A DNA stretch of 64,000 nt from Cyanobacteria bacterium J06626_4 (lineage in GTDB: Bacteria; Cyanobacteriota; Cyanobacteriia; Phormidesmidales; Phormidesmidaceae). The stretch lies in the NCBI GenBank assembly GCA_038523235.1, contig JBCBJQ010000008.1, forward strand, positions 1 to 64,000, in the 5' to 3' direction. The notes below the pieces were generated by a model. That model was not told the DNA's origin. It was given only the letters and a program-made list of their open reading frames with translations, and ran no database searches. The stretch's first letter is position 1. Every line of letters begins with the position of its first letter. A program made the translations under genes and the position numbers. Below, in pieces: positions 9,952-21,900 of this stretch.

Positions 9952-12900
9952 ATGACTCCTCAAAAACGACGCTGGTCTAGATTTATCGCCCTGAGTTTGG
10001 TCGGTCTTCTCGCCGCATGCTGGCTCAACGTGGTGCCTATTAAGCCGGCCTCAGCGCAGTCATCCAATAGCGGACTTTGTGCCGCCCAGTCCCTCACCCC
10101 AGAAGAGTATGCCTATGCGCAATCGGCTTGGAATTACTTTGTCGATAATGTGCAGCCCACCACCGGACTCTCCAACTCCGCCGGGGGGTACCCCTCTGGC
10201 ACCCTATGGGACTTGGGGAATTACCTCACCGCGATGAATGCGGCCCTGTGGATTGGACTGATTGACCAGACTGAATTTGACGGTCGCCTGAATCAATTTC
10301 TCGCCAGTTTGGGGGAGTTACGCCTGTTTGAAGACACCCTACCCAATAAGGTTTACAACAGTGCCACCGGCGAAATCGTAGACTACGGCAACAATCCCCT
10401 GGAACGAGGCATTGGCTGGTCGGCCCTGGATATTGGGCGCATTCTGGCCGCCTTCCACATTATTCGCACCTGTCATCCTCAGTATGCTGACTGGATGGCT
10501 GGCATTGTGGATAGCTGGCAAGTGGCCGCATCGGTGCAGGATGGCATGTTGTACGGTGCCACCGTGCTTTCCAATGGGGAAACCCTCAGAGTGCAAGAAG
10601 GGCGCCTGGGCTATGAAGAGTATGCTGCCCGCGGGTATGCCCTCTGGGGGTTTGATGCGCCCGCTGCGATCGCCTATGAACCGTTCAAATTTGTCGATAT
10701 TTACGGTCTCCAGATTCCGGTCGATACGCGAGATTATCAAACCACTAACGCCAATAACTATGTGGTGAGTGAGTCCTATATTTTGGATGCGATCGAGTTT
10801 GGTTTACAGGGCGACCAAGCCGACTATGCTCGCCGAGTGTTTGAAGCCCAAAAACGCCGCTATGAAGACACCGGGCTACTCACAGCAGTCTCCGAAGACA
10901 ATATCAACCAGGCGCCCTATTTTCTCTACAGTACGGTGTATTCCAATGGGGAACCGTGGGCGGTCATCACTGAAATGAATGAGCTCCATCCGGAGTTGCG
11001 GACCCTCTGTACCAAGGCCGCCTTTGGTTGGCGCTATGTCTATCCCGATGATCCGTATGCCCAGCAAATTTTTGATCACGTCAAAAACACGACTAACTCT
11101 GACCGGGGCTTTTACGCTGGCATCTATGAGTCGGGCCTCTACGATGCCCAGCCTCCTATCAACGACATCCTGACAGGGAACACCAACGGGCTGATTTTAG
11201 AAATTCTGTATTACAAAGCGCGGGGCTCCCAGCCAATGTTGGGGGACAGCGGGGTGCCTGTGAGCACTGCGAGTAGTGTGCCACCCCAGGTGGAGACACC
11301 ACCCCCACCCGCAGACAACGGTGCTCCGACAGCGGCACTCCCACCGCCACCCCAGGTAGATACGCCACCGACAGCACCGGCTATCCCTGAACCCACTTCC
11401 CAACCGGAACCGGCAGCGCCCCCTAGCGAACCGGCAGCTCCGCCTCCAAGCCCTGCGGAGCCTGCGGGTATTGCCATTGCGCCTATTCCTGATGTGGGGC
11501 GGCCTGGGTCATCGGCTTGCCCCGTTCCAGTGGGCAATCTTAGCGTCACCGATCGCCGCTATGCCGAAACCGCCTGGAAATACTTTGCCGCTAACGATAC
11601 CCCCTCGGGACTGGTGCCCGATCGCAGTGATTTAGACGGGGCCACCTTATGGGGCATTGGTGATTACTTCTCTGCCTTGCATGCAGCGCGGGGATTAGAG
11701 GTGATTACGGCCAAAGAATTTGATGAACGGGTGCGGCACCTGCTGGGGGCGTTGCAAGAACTTGAACTCTTTGCGGGAGAATTGCCCCATCGGGCCTATA
11801 GCACCCTAACTTTGGAGCCCATCGATTACGGCGGCAACGTCACCCCGGAGGGGAATGGTTGGTCAGGCCTTGATGTGGGGCGTTTCCTCGCGGCCATGCA
11901 CACCCTGAAAACGTGCCATCCAGAATATACCGATGTCGTTGATCGCATGATGCTGGATTGGTCTTACCTGCGGGTAGTGCGGAACGGGCGCATTGCCAAT
12001 GCCAACCTGGCGCAGAACGCTCAGGGGCGCGATCGCATCCGCGTTCAACCGGCCGCAATTCTGGGCTATGAAGAATACGCGGCCCGGGCGTTTCAACTCT
12101 GGGGCTTTGACTCCCGGCAGTCGGCAGTTGGCGGGAACTATCTCACCACTGAGGTCGCGGGACAAGAAGTTCCTGTGCAGCGATCGCAACCCGAGCAGCG
12201 CGATCGTGACGAAGTCCTCAACACCATCAGCACGCCTTTTATTCTCTACGGTCTAGAGTTTGGTTTTGACCCCCAAATTCGCACCCTGGTACGAGCGATT
12301 TATGAGGCCGAAGCGGCTCGCTATCAAGAGACCGGCCGGTTCAGCGCCTCTGGCACCACACTCGTGCACCAAAACCCCTACGTGGTGCACAGCACCCTGC
12401 TATCCGACGGGCAACCCTGGGTCGCGGTGGATGCCGAGGGCACAGTGCAGCCTGACACCCGCGTGGTTAGCACTGCGGTCGCCTTTGCCTACTACACCCT
12501 CTTCCCCGGTAGCGACTACGGCGAAGCAGTCTGGCGCGCCACCTTAGATTTGTACAATCCCGTACTGGGCTACTATGAGGGCTTTTACGAAGCCGATGGC
12601 CGACAAGCGATCGGCTTCACTGGGGGCACCAATAGCTTGATCTTGCAGGCGATTTTGCACAAAAATACCCAGCAAAGACCTCTGATTCAGCCCCACAGCG
12701 ATATGAATTCTCCCTGGTGGCAAGCCATTCGTGACGGCGACCCCTGGGGCATTGGCTTACCAGAAGATGACCAACCCACCATTGAGATGGTGGCAGATAA
12801 CCAAAGTACCTACTGGGTTTCCCGTGACGCCGTTCCGGTAGCCCAAGCCGAAACTACTGTCGCGGCCACTGCCTCCGTCAATCGGTCTGAGGCCGTTGGG

Positions 12901-14355
12901 GGTGCACCCTGGCCGGCGATCGCAACGCCGATCAGGCAACTCGGTCAAAGCATTCGGGCGATTCCCGAGCATCTGCTGTTGGGGATCGCAGCCTGGCACC
13001 CCAAGTTTCCAGCGGTCTTAGTGGCATCGGATGATGCATTGGGTGATTTCCCACCTTCTGCCGCTTCCTTACCGTCGCTGTCAACGCTCACCACACCCAT
13101 GGATAGTACTGGGTCTAATGTTGAGGGCGCTTCTGAGGCGGCGGCAGTTTTGCCCCCAGCAGGTTCACCAAACCTCTCTTTCCCCCTCCAGACTGTGAGC
13201 CAACTCGCCAACGTGAATGACCAAACTGCGGCCCAAATGGCCTGGGCCTACTTCGAAAACAACTGGAATCCCCGAACCGGCATGGTGAATGGGGTTGATG
13301 GTCTGGCTTGGGCTACCTGGTGGGATCAAGGCAGTACGATTCTTGGTCTCCATGCGGCGCATCAATTGGGGCTGTTGCCCGAGCCCGAATTTGGGACCAA
13401 ACTCTCTCGACTATTGGATACCTTGGCAACGTCGCCCCTACCCACAACGCAATTGCCCAACAAAGCCTACAGCACCGATCGCGCCCAAATGCGGACATTG
13501 AGTAATCGCGCCGACCCCCATGGCCAAAGTGGCTGGTCAGCCTTGGATATGGGTCGGTATCTCATTGCCTTGCACACGCTCCGGGTGCACTATCCCCAAT
13601 ACCGTGATCGCATTGAAGCGATCGTCGCCCGTTATGACCTCGACCAATTGGTCAACGACGGTTGGCTCTGGGGCAGCGGGGCGGGCGATACCGGCCTGCA
13701 ATACTGGCAAGAAGGTCGCTATGGCTACGAGCAATATGCGGCTTATGGCTTACAGCTCTGGGGCATCACCGCTGACCAGGCTCTACATCACTCGCCCACT
13801 CAGACGGTCACTGTTGACGGCATCGAGTTTGTGACTGACCAGCGCGATCACGCCAACTCTGGTGCCAGCAACCATCTCACCAACGACCCCTACTTGCTTT
13901 GGGGTTTGGAAATGGGTTGGCCGGCCACTGTTCGCCCTCAGGTCGAAAATCTGCGGCAAGTGCAGGCCAACCGGTACAACAAAACGGGCATTCTCACCGC
14001 GGTTAACGAAGACGCTCTGGATCGCCCCCCCTATTTCCTCTACTACAGCATCTACGCGGACGGCCAAACTTGGCCAGCAGTAAATTCACGTGGTAACAAT
14101 TTCCCGGACCTACGCTTTGTCAGTACCAAAGCCGCCTTTGCCCTTGGCAGCCTCTTTCCCCAAGATGGCTATTGCCAACTGCTGCGTCAATCAGTGCAAA
14201 CCCTGGCGGATACTCAGCGAGGCTACCTCTCAGGCCGCTACGAAAACCCCGACCTCGGCCCCAACCGTGCCCTCAACGTCAACACCAACGCCATTGTTTT
14301 GGAGAGCTTGCTTTACCAAGCGCAGGGCGATCGACCACTGACTCACTCCACGTAA
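9952..14355 (+). CDS. Exported protein with three tandem DUF3131-type domains
   Basis: Signal peptide (MTPQKRRWSRFIALSLVGLLAA..ASA-Q). Three repeats of AWxYF, LPNKxY, GWSALDxGR and GYEEYAA, separated by Pro-rich and Ala/Ser-rich linkers. An alternative GTG start is at 9898. Confidence 0.85.
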   Translation: MTPQKRRWSRFIALSLVGLLAACWLNVVPIKPASAQSSNSGLCAAQSLTPEEYAYAQSAWNYFVDNVQPTTGLSNSAGGYPSGTLWDLGNYLTAMNAALWIGLIDQTEFDGRLNQFLASLGELRLFEDTLPNKVYNSATGEIVDYGNNPLERGIGWSALDIGRILAAFHIIRTCHPQYADWMAGIVDSWQVAASVQDGMLYGATVLSNGETLRVQEGRLGYEEYAARGYALWGFDAPAAIAYEPFKFVDIYGLQIPVDTRDYQTTNANNYVVSESYILDAIEFGLQGDQADYARRVFEAQKRRYEDTGLLTAVSEDNINQAPYFLYSTVYSNGEPWAVITEMNELHPELRTLCTKAAFGWRYVYPDDPYAQQIFDHVKNTTNSDRGFYAGIYESGLYDAQPPINDILTGNTNGLILEILYYKARGSQPMLGDSGVPVSTASSVPPQVETPPPPADNGAPTAALPPPPQVDTPPTAPAIPEPTSQPEPAAPPSEPAAPPPSPAEPAGIAIAPIPDVGRPGSSACPVPVGNLSVTDRRYAETAWKYFAANDTPSGLVPDRSDLDGATLWGIGDYFSALHAARGLEVITAKEFDERVRHLLGALQELELFAGELPHRAYSTLTLEPIDYGGNVTPEGNGWSGLDVGRFLAAMHTLKTCHPEYTDVVDRMMLDWSYLRVVRNGRIANANLAQNAQGRDRIRVQPAAILGYEEYAARAFQLWGFDSRQSAVGGNYLTTEVAGQEVPVQRSQPEQRDRDEVLNTISTPFILYGLEFGFDPQIRTLVRAIYEAEAARYQETGRFSASGTTLVHQNPYVVHSTLLSDGQPWVAVDAEGTVQPDTRVVSTAVAFAYYTLFPGSDYGEAVWRATLDLYNPVLGYYEGFYEADGRQAIGFTGGTNSLILQAILHKNTQQRPLIQPHSDMNSPWWQAIRDGDPWGIGLPEDDQPTIEMVADNQSTYWVSRDAVPVAQAETTVAATASVNRSEAVGGAPWPAIATPIRQLGQSIRAIPEHLLLGIAAWHPKFPAVLVASDDALGDFPPSAASLPSLSTLTTPMDSTGSNVEGASEAAAVLPPAGSPNLSFPLQTVSQLANVNDQTAAQMAWAYFENNWNPRTGMVNGVDGLAWATWWDQGSTILGLHAAHQLGLLPEPEFGTKLSRLLDTLATSPLPTTQLPNKAYSTDRAQMRTLSNRADPHGQSGWSALDMGRYLIALHTLRVHYPQYRDRIEAIVARYDLDQLVNDGWLWGSGAGDTGLQYWQEGRYGYEQYAAYGLQLWGITADQALHHSPTQTVTVDGIEFVTDQRDHANSGASNHLTNDPYLLWGLEMGWPATVRPQVENLRQVQANRYNKTGILTAVNEDALDRPPYFLYYSIYADGQTWPAVNSRGNNFPDLRFVSTKAAFALGSLFPQDGYCQLLRQSVQTLADTQRGYLSGRYENPDLGPNRALNVNTNAIVLESLLYQAQGDRPLTHST

Positions 14356-14360
14356 CCGCT

Positions 14361-15692
14361 ATGACCTTTCTCAATCTTCGTCAAACTCTGTCGTCGGCCC
14401 TCGTCGGCCTCTTGACTGCCAGCCTGCTCGCGAGCTGCAGCAACCCGACCGCTGAAAAGCAGCCCACAGCAGAAAACTCCACGTCAGACATTGCCTCCAA
14501 CGCTGCCTGCGGGGAATTCCAAACGCCTTTATCTGAGAGTGAACAGCAGTATGCGGCCGCCGCGTGGCAATATTTCGTCAATAATCGCCAGCCTGACACT
14601 GGGTTTACCAATGCCGCCAACCAATACCCATCTGGTACCCTGTGGGATCAAGGCAATTACCTTATGGCGCTAAATGCGGCCCGCTGGTTTGGGTTGATTG
14701 AGCAATCCGAGTTTGACAACCAGCTCAACCAGTTGCTCACCAGCCTGGGCGAGATGCCGCTGGTCGATGGCGCCCTGCCCAACAAGGTCTACAACAGCGC
14801 GACTGGGGAGATGGTGGACTACAGCAACGAACCGACCGAAGAAGGCATCGGCTGGTCGGCTCTCGACATCGGCCGCTTGTTAACAGCCTTTCACATCATT
14901 CGTACGTGTCACCCCCAATACGCCGATTGGCTAGAGGGCCTTGTCGCCAGTTGGCAAGTGGCGCGCTCGGTTGAAGATGGGCAACTCTATGGCGCGGTCA
15001 TTGAAGATGATGGTCAGATTCTGCGGGTGCAAGAAGGGCGCTTAGGCTATGAAGAATACGCCGCTCGGGGCTATGAGCTCTGGGGTTTTGATGCGGCAAC
15101 AGCGTTAGAGCTGGAACCAATGGAGTTGGTCGAAGTCTCGGGGGTGGAAATTCCGGTTGATGAACGGGATTTTGATGCCACCAATGCCAACAATTATGTT
15201 GTGAGTGAGTCTTACATTCTTGAAGCCATTGAGTTTGGTTGGGACAGTGACCTGAGCAAACATGGGGAAGCGGTTTTAGCGGCGCAGAAAGGTCGATATG
15301 ACGAGACTGGACTCTTAACGGCTGTGTCCGAAGATAACATCGACCAAGCTCCACATTTCCTCTACAGCACTCTGTATGCCAATGGGACCCCTTGGGCAGT
15401 GATTACCGAAGAGAATGATCCGTATCCCGACCTCCGCACGGTGAGTACCAAAGCGGCCTTTGGCTGGTTTTACTTGTTTCCCAAACAGCCTTACACCCTG
15501 AAGCTCATCAACGCGGTCAAAGATTTGCAAGACCCAGACGGGGGCGGGTTTTATGCCGGTATTTATGAAGAGAGTGAAGAGATGAACACCATCCTCACGG
15601 GCAATACCAATGGGCTCATTTTAGAAATCCTGTACTTCAAAGCGCTTGGTAACACACCCATTCTGGAAATCGCGGCAACAGCCGAAAAATGA
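14361..15692 (+). CDS. DUF3131-domain lipoprotein
   Basis: Starts 5 nt after the upstream stop; lipobox LLAS-C; close paralog of domain 1 of the upstream protein (YPSGTLWD, LPNKVYNSATGE, QEGRLGYEEYAARGY, LTAVSEDNI). Confidence 0.87.
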   Translation: MTFLNLRQTLSSALVGLLTASLLASCSNPTAEKQPTAENSTSDIASNAACGEFQTPLSESEQQYAAAAWQYFVNNRQPDTGFTNAANQYPSGTLWDQGNYLMALNAARWFGLIEQSEFDNQLNQLLTSLGEMPLVDGALPNKVYNSATGEMVDYSNEPTEEGIGWSALDIGRLLTAFHIIRTCHPQYADWLEGLVASWQVARSVEDGQLYGAVIEDDGQILRVQEGRLGYEEYAARGYELWGFDAATALELEPMELVEVSGVEIPVDERDFDATNANNYVVSESYILEAIEFGWDSDLSKHGEAVLAAQKGRYDETGLLTAVSEDNIDQAPHFLYSTLYANGTPWAVITEENDPYPDLRTVSTKAAFGWFYLFPKQPYTLKLINAVKDLQDPDGGGFYAGIYEESEEMNTILTGNTNGLILEILYFKALGNTPILEIAATAEK

Positions 15693-15942
15693 CCCACGTT
15701 TAGACATGGCGAAATCAGGGGCTTGAGAAAATCCCTGATGGTGACGGTTTTGGGGCGGCAAATTAATATTCAGCAAAACTTGCCATTAAATTGAAACAAC
15801 AGGGATAAACCCTTTATGAGTGGAGCTTTGCTGATATTTTCGCGACTTGTTATTACCAGAATTAGCTGGGGAAAACTATATGTCACTTGATTCACTTCAG
15901 CGGTTGACTAGGATTTAGTCATCAGACGCTCCAGCAAAACTA

Positions 15943-18900
15943 ATGGCATCCTCTGTCACAACTCTCAGTCGGCAAGAGTTACAGTCCGCGATTGTCCGAG
16001 ATCCCCTCGTGGTCACGCCAGAGACTCCGGTGATTGAGACGATCGCCCTGATGAGTGGCCGGCGATCGCAGTGTGATCGTGATCGAGATGCTGAGAGCCA
16101 AGCACTCGCCTTGCAACTGGAAGCCCGCGCTGGCTGCGCGTTAGTGGTTTCAGACGGTCAAGTAGTGGGGATTTTGACCGAGCGCGATGTGGTGCAGTTG
16201 GGGGCACAACAAACTTGCCTAGAAGGTCTGCCCCTGACCGAAGTCATGACCCAAGCGGTGGTGACGTTGAAGGAATCAGACTTTACCGATGTCTTCGTCG
16301 CCCTAGACTTGTTGCGGCACAACAAAATTCGCCACGTGCCCGTCGTCGATGATCGCGATCGCCTCGTCGGGATACTCACCCACGAAACCCTGCGCCAGCT
16401 ATCGCGCCCCGGCGATTTACTGCGGCTTAGAAGCGTTGCCGAAGTGATAGTTCCCCATGTCTTTAGCGCGACGCCCAGCACTAGCATGTTGGCCGTCGCG
16501 CAGTTAATGGCAGCAGAGCACATTAGCTGCGTCATTATTGTGGAGCCTGATGAATCAGTCCGCCCCGAGGTGCTCAACTCAGGAGCAGCAGACTCGACTG
16601 CACCCAGTTGTTTGCCTGGGCGCATTGATGGCGAAACGGCGGCCTTACAAATCCCCATCGGCCTTTTGACGGAGCGCGATCTCGTGCAATTCCAGGCTTT
16701 GGGTTTAGCGCTTGATCAGCACCATGCGGGCGCTTTCATGAGTAGTCCGGTCTTTGCTGTCAAGTCCGGTGATTCCCTTTGGTACGCCCAAGAACTGATG
16801 GAGCGCCACTTCATTAGACGAGTTGTGGTCACTGGCGATCACGCAGAACTCTTGGGCATCGTGACCCAAAGCAATCTGCTGCAAGTCTTGAACCCGCTGG
16901 AGCTGTATCACTTGACCGGGGTATTAGAGACCCAGGTCGAAACCCTGGAAGCCGAGAAAATCGCCTTACTAGAAAGCCAGGCCACCGTTCTAGAAGCACA
17001 GGTGAGGGCGCGCACTGCCCATCTCCAGGCTCAGGCGGAGCAAAATCGCTTAGTTGCCGATCTGGCCTTACAAATTCGGTCGTCCCTCAATTTACCCGTA
17101 ATTTTGCAAACGACCGTCGATCGCATTCAAGCCATCTTGGGGTGCGATCGCGTCACCATTTGGCAATTTGATGCTGATTGGACCAACACGGTGGTGGCAG
17201 AAGCGACCACCTCTGAGGTGAGCCTGTTAGGCGCTCGGGTACAAGATAGCTGTTTGCAAAGTGGCACTGGCCAACTTGCGGCGGCTTTTGGGCAAGGGCA
17301 AATTCGCATCGTGCCAGATATTCACGCCGTCGAGATGTCAGACTGTCATCGCGAGCTATTGATGCGCTTATACACCCGTGCCAAAGTCTTGGTTCCCCTC
17401 TTGTGTGATGGCGAACTCTGGGGCTTACTGCAAGCTTCAGAAAGCCAACAGGCAAGAGATTGGCAGCCCCACGAAGTTGAGTTGTTGCAATCACTGGCCA
17501 ACCATTTGGCGATCGCCATTGATCAGGCCACCACCCACGAAAAATTAGCTGCGGAACTGCAGCTTCGTCGCGAAACCGAAACTCGCCTCAGCGAAAGCGA
17601 ACAGCGTTATGCCGCTTTAACCGATGCCGTCCCGGTGGCCATTCTCCGCTCAGACCAAGCGGGCCACATTATTTTCTTAAATGAGCGGTGGTCTCAGCTG
17701 TCCGGTTTGACGGTAGAAGCGTCCCTCGGTGAGGGCTGGATCGCTGCCTTACACCCTGAGGATCGAGACTGGGTGGTGGCGAGAAATCAAGCGTCTGTCT
17801 TGCAGGGCGTGGCTTTTCAGCATGAATACCGCCTCTTACGACCCGATGGTCAGGTGGTGTGGGTTTACGAACAAACCGAGGTTGAGCACAATGCCGATGG
17901 TCAGATGATGGGGCATATTGGCACGCTGACAGATATTAGCGATCGTAAAGAAGCGGAACTAGCGCTGCACCAGAGTGAAGCGAGATATAGCGCTGTGGTT
18001 GACGCGCTGCCCGATTTGGTGATTCGCATGAGCCGCGAAGGGATTTATCTCGACTTCTTTGCGACAGACAACTACAAGTTTTTTGGCAACCCACAGGATT
18101 ATGTCGGGGCTCATGTGGCCGATGCCTTTCCCCCTGACTTGTCCCAAAGGCGACTGCAAGCAGCCCAAACCGCAATCGCCACCCAGTCCGTGCAAGTTTA
18201 TGAACAAACGTTTGTCAATGAGGGCCAACCACAGATAGAAGAAGTGCGGATCGTTCCCTACACCGATGATGAAGTGGTGTTAATCATCCGCGACATTACC
18301 CAGCGCCACCAGGCAGCAATGGCTTTACGAGAATTGGAACAGGAGAATCAAGCCATTTTGGCCGCGATGCCAGATCTCATCATCGTGATTGATGCCAACG
18401 AGACCTTTATACGCTGTAGCTACAATGCGGAACTGTCTGAAATCGTCCCCATTCATCCACAACCCTTGGGGTTGTCCATAAGGGAGCTTTTCCCCCCGCC
18501 AGAAGCCAGTCGATACAGCACCGCGGTGAAGCGTGTCTTGCAAACGAGGCAAGTCGAAGTCTTTGAGCAACAGCTGCAATTTGACGATGGCCTGCATTAC
18601 GAAGAAGTTCGGGTGGTGCCCTACCAGAATAATCAGGTGTTTGGCATAGTTCGGGATATCACCCATCGCAAACAGGCGGAAATCAGACTCACTGAAAGCG
18701 AACAACGCTATGCCACCTTAGCTGCCACAGTCCCAGTGGGGATCTTTCGGACTGATGTGGTGGGTCATTGCATTTACGTCAATGATCGTTATTCTCAAAT
18801 CTCCGGCTTTTCAGCAGCCGAAACCTTGGGTACTGGATGGCGCAATGCGGTTCATCCAGAGGATATTGCCTGGGTTACGGCAGCCTGGCAACAAGCAAAT

Positions 18901-21900
18901 GAGCAAAAAACAACCTTCCGACGTGAATTTCGCCTATTGCGACCGGATGGGCAAATCGTTTGGATTTATGTACAGGCCGAGGTCGAACGGGATGTAACCG
19001 GACAAATGATTGGTTATGTCGGCACCCAAACGGATATCAGTGATCGCAAACAGGCTGAACTGGCCATCCAAAACCTGATTGAAGGAACCGCCGCCACCGG
19101 CTCAGACTTTTTTCCGTCTTTAGTCATCCATATTACTCAGGCTTTAGGAGTGCCCTATGGCCTGGTGTCAGAACTACGGGACGGTAAGCTATACGTGCTG
19201 GCCTTTGCCGCAAATGGCACTTTAAAGCCGACTTTCTCCTATAGTCCTTCCCCCACCCCCTGCAAATTTGCGTTACGAGATGGCCAATTTTACGTGGAGT
19301 CTTCAGTCCAGGAGAAATTTCCGGAAGATCCCGACTTACTAGAAATTAATGCGGATAGCTATCTCGGCATTGCCATTCCCAATAGCCAGGGTCAGGCGAT
19401 CGGGACGCTCTGTATCTTGGACACCCAACCCATTCAACAGACTCAACGAGCTGAAGAAATTTTGCGGGTTTTTGCCGCTAGAGCTAGCGCTGAGCTAGAG
19501 CGGCTCCAAGCCCAGTTAGCCCTGGAGCAATTGAATGCGGAACTAGAACAGCGAGTTGAGCAACGAACCCAAGAGTTGGCTAGTTCTGAGCAGGACCTAC
19601 AAACCATTTTCGACAATGTCTACGAGGCCATCCTAATTCACGATTTTAATGGCACTATCCTCGACATGAACGATCGCTGCCTGGAAATGCTAGGGGCGAC
19701 CCGGGAACAAATTTTGGCTGCCAGCATCAGTGACTTTGCGGCACCCGATGCCCCCATTGAGCAGATTCCAGAGCTGATCCAACGGGTCTGGGCTGGTGAA
19801 GAAGTACGGCTAGAATGGCGCGATCAACGGGTTGATGATGGCCGCATCATTGATATCGATTTATCGCTGCGGAAAGTGACCCTGGGGAACCGTCCGGTGA
19901 TCATTGCCAGTGCCCGCGATATTAGCGATCGCAAAGCCGCCGAACAACAGCTCCAAATCCTTTCGACTCGCTTAAAACTCGCCATTAAATCAGCCCAAAT
20001 CGGGATCTGGGATTGGCATGAAAGTGACCGCTTGTCTTGGGATCAGCGCATGTTTGAAATCTATGACGTGCAGCCCGAAGCATTTAACGTTACGTACCGA
20101 GATTGGGCGACGCTTGTCCACCCTGACGATTTGGCCCAGTACGAAGCGGGCATTCGTGACAGAACCGAAAATCATGAAAATGAAAATGCCCAAGAATTTA
20201 GGATCATTCGGCCTGATGGCGAGATCCGACACGTATTAACGACGGCCCTAATCGAGCGCGATGCCCAGGGGAATGCCATTCGCATAGTGGGCACCAATAT
20301 TGATATTACCGATCGCAAACAAGCTGAGCTGCAACTACAGGCGCTCAACAGACGCTATGAGTTGGTTCTTGAGAGTTCCCAAGCGGGTTTAGTCTTTTGG
20401 AATATTATCGAGGACACGGCTGAGCTCTCCCGACGCTTTGTGCAGATGCTTGGTTCGGATGATACACAACATCCAGAATTATCCAGCTTTACTGGCTTTG
20501 CCAAGCGCATTCATCCAGAGGACCTACCCGAGGTTCAAGCCGCTTTGCAAGCTCATTTTGAGCGGCAAGAGAAATGTTCAGTTGAATATCGTATACGCCA
20601 TCTCGCCGGGCATTTTGTCTGGATCTGGGCATCTGGCCAAGCAATTTGGGATGAAGCCGGTCGTCCAGTCCAGATGTTTATTGCCGTACAAGAGATTAGC
20701 GATCGCAAACAGGCAGAAGCACTGTTAAGGCAGCGCTCTGAAGCCCTCGCTCGTTCAGAGCAAGACCTCCGCACCATCTTCAACAATGTCTATGATGGCG
20801 TCATGATTCACGACTGGGATGGCAGCATCCTCGACGTAAACAATCGGTACTTAGAGATCCTGGGTGCAACGCGTGAACAAGTTATGGCCGCCAGCTTCGC
20901 TGACTTCACGGCCCCAGGAGTCTCCGCAGCACAGATTACGGACATTCTGCGACAAGTCGCCGATGGGCAACATCTGAGATTTGAATGGCCAGTGCAGCGA
21001 TTGAATGACGGCACCCCATGGTATGCGGACGTTTCTTTGAAAAATGTGGTGTTGGGCAACCGCTCGGTGATTATTGCCAGCACTCGGGATGTGACTGATC
21101 GCAAAATGGCTGAGCAGGCCTTGCAAGATAGCCAGGCCCGCTTCCGCCGCATGACGGATAATGTGCCGGGCATGATTCATCGCTATGTTTTGCATGCGGA
21201 TGGCAGCGATGAATTGACCTATGTCGATTCGCAAATCCGAGACATTTTTGAACTTGAGCCCAAGGCTGTACTTCAAGACGCCACCCTAATCTGGGCCAGA
21301 GTCCATCCTGATGATGTCCCCAGAGTCGCGGCGGCCGTGCAGGAGTCTGCGGTCACTCTCCAACCCTTCACCAGTGAGCATCGCTTGCAACTACCGAAAA
21401 AGGGACTCCGATGGGTGCAAATCTTCTCACGTCCAGAAAGATTAGCGAACGGAGATGTCGCCTGGGACGGTTTTGTTATGGATATCAGCGATCGCAAAGC
21501 GTCTGAAGGAGAGCTGCAACGGCTATCGGATCGCTTAGAACTCGCTCTAGCATCAGCCGAAATTGGCATTTGGGAATGGAATTTCCAAACGGAGGAATTA
21601 TCTTGGGACGATCGCATGCTGGCGATTCATGGGGTGCGACGCGCAGCGTTTAGGGGCACTTTCCAAGATTGGGCAGACCGAGTTCATCCAGCCGACTTCG
21701 CTCAGGCGTCGCCAGACTTTAGCGATAGCAACGATCACTTCGTCAATGAATTTAGGATTATTCGTCCCGATGGGGCCATCCGACACCTCTTTTCTGCGGC
21801 CCTGCGTCAACGAGATGAGCAAGGACAACCCACACGAGTTGTTGGGGTCAACCTGGATATTAGCGATCGCAAAGCGGCCATCGAGCAAATACGTGCCAGT

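Noticed and set aside
14172..14360. N-terminal extension of the 506-aa ORF
   Set aside because: It overlaps the upstream gene; the lipoprotein signal starts at ATG 14361.
15770..15833. CAGCAAAACT..AGCTTTGCTG inverted repeat as a riboswitch
   Set aside because: No recognisable aptamer consensus; more likely a repeat remnant.
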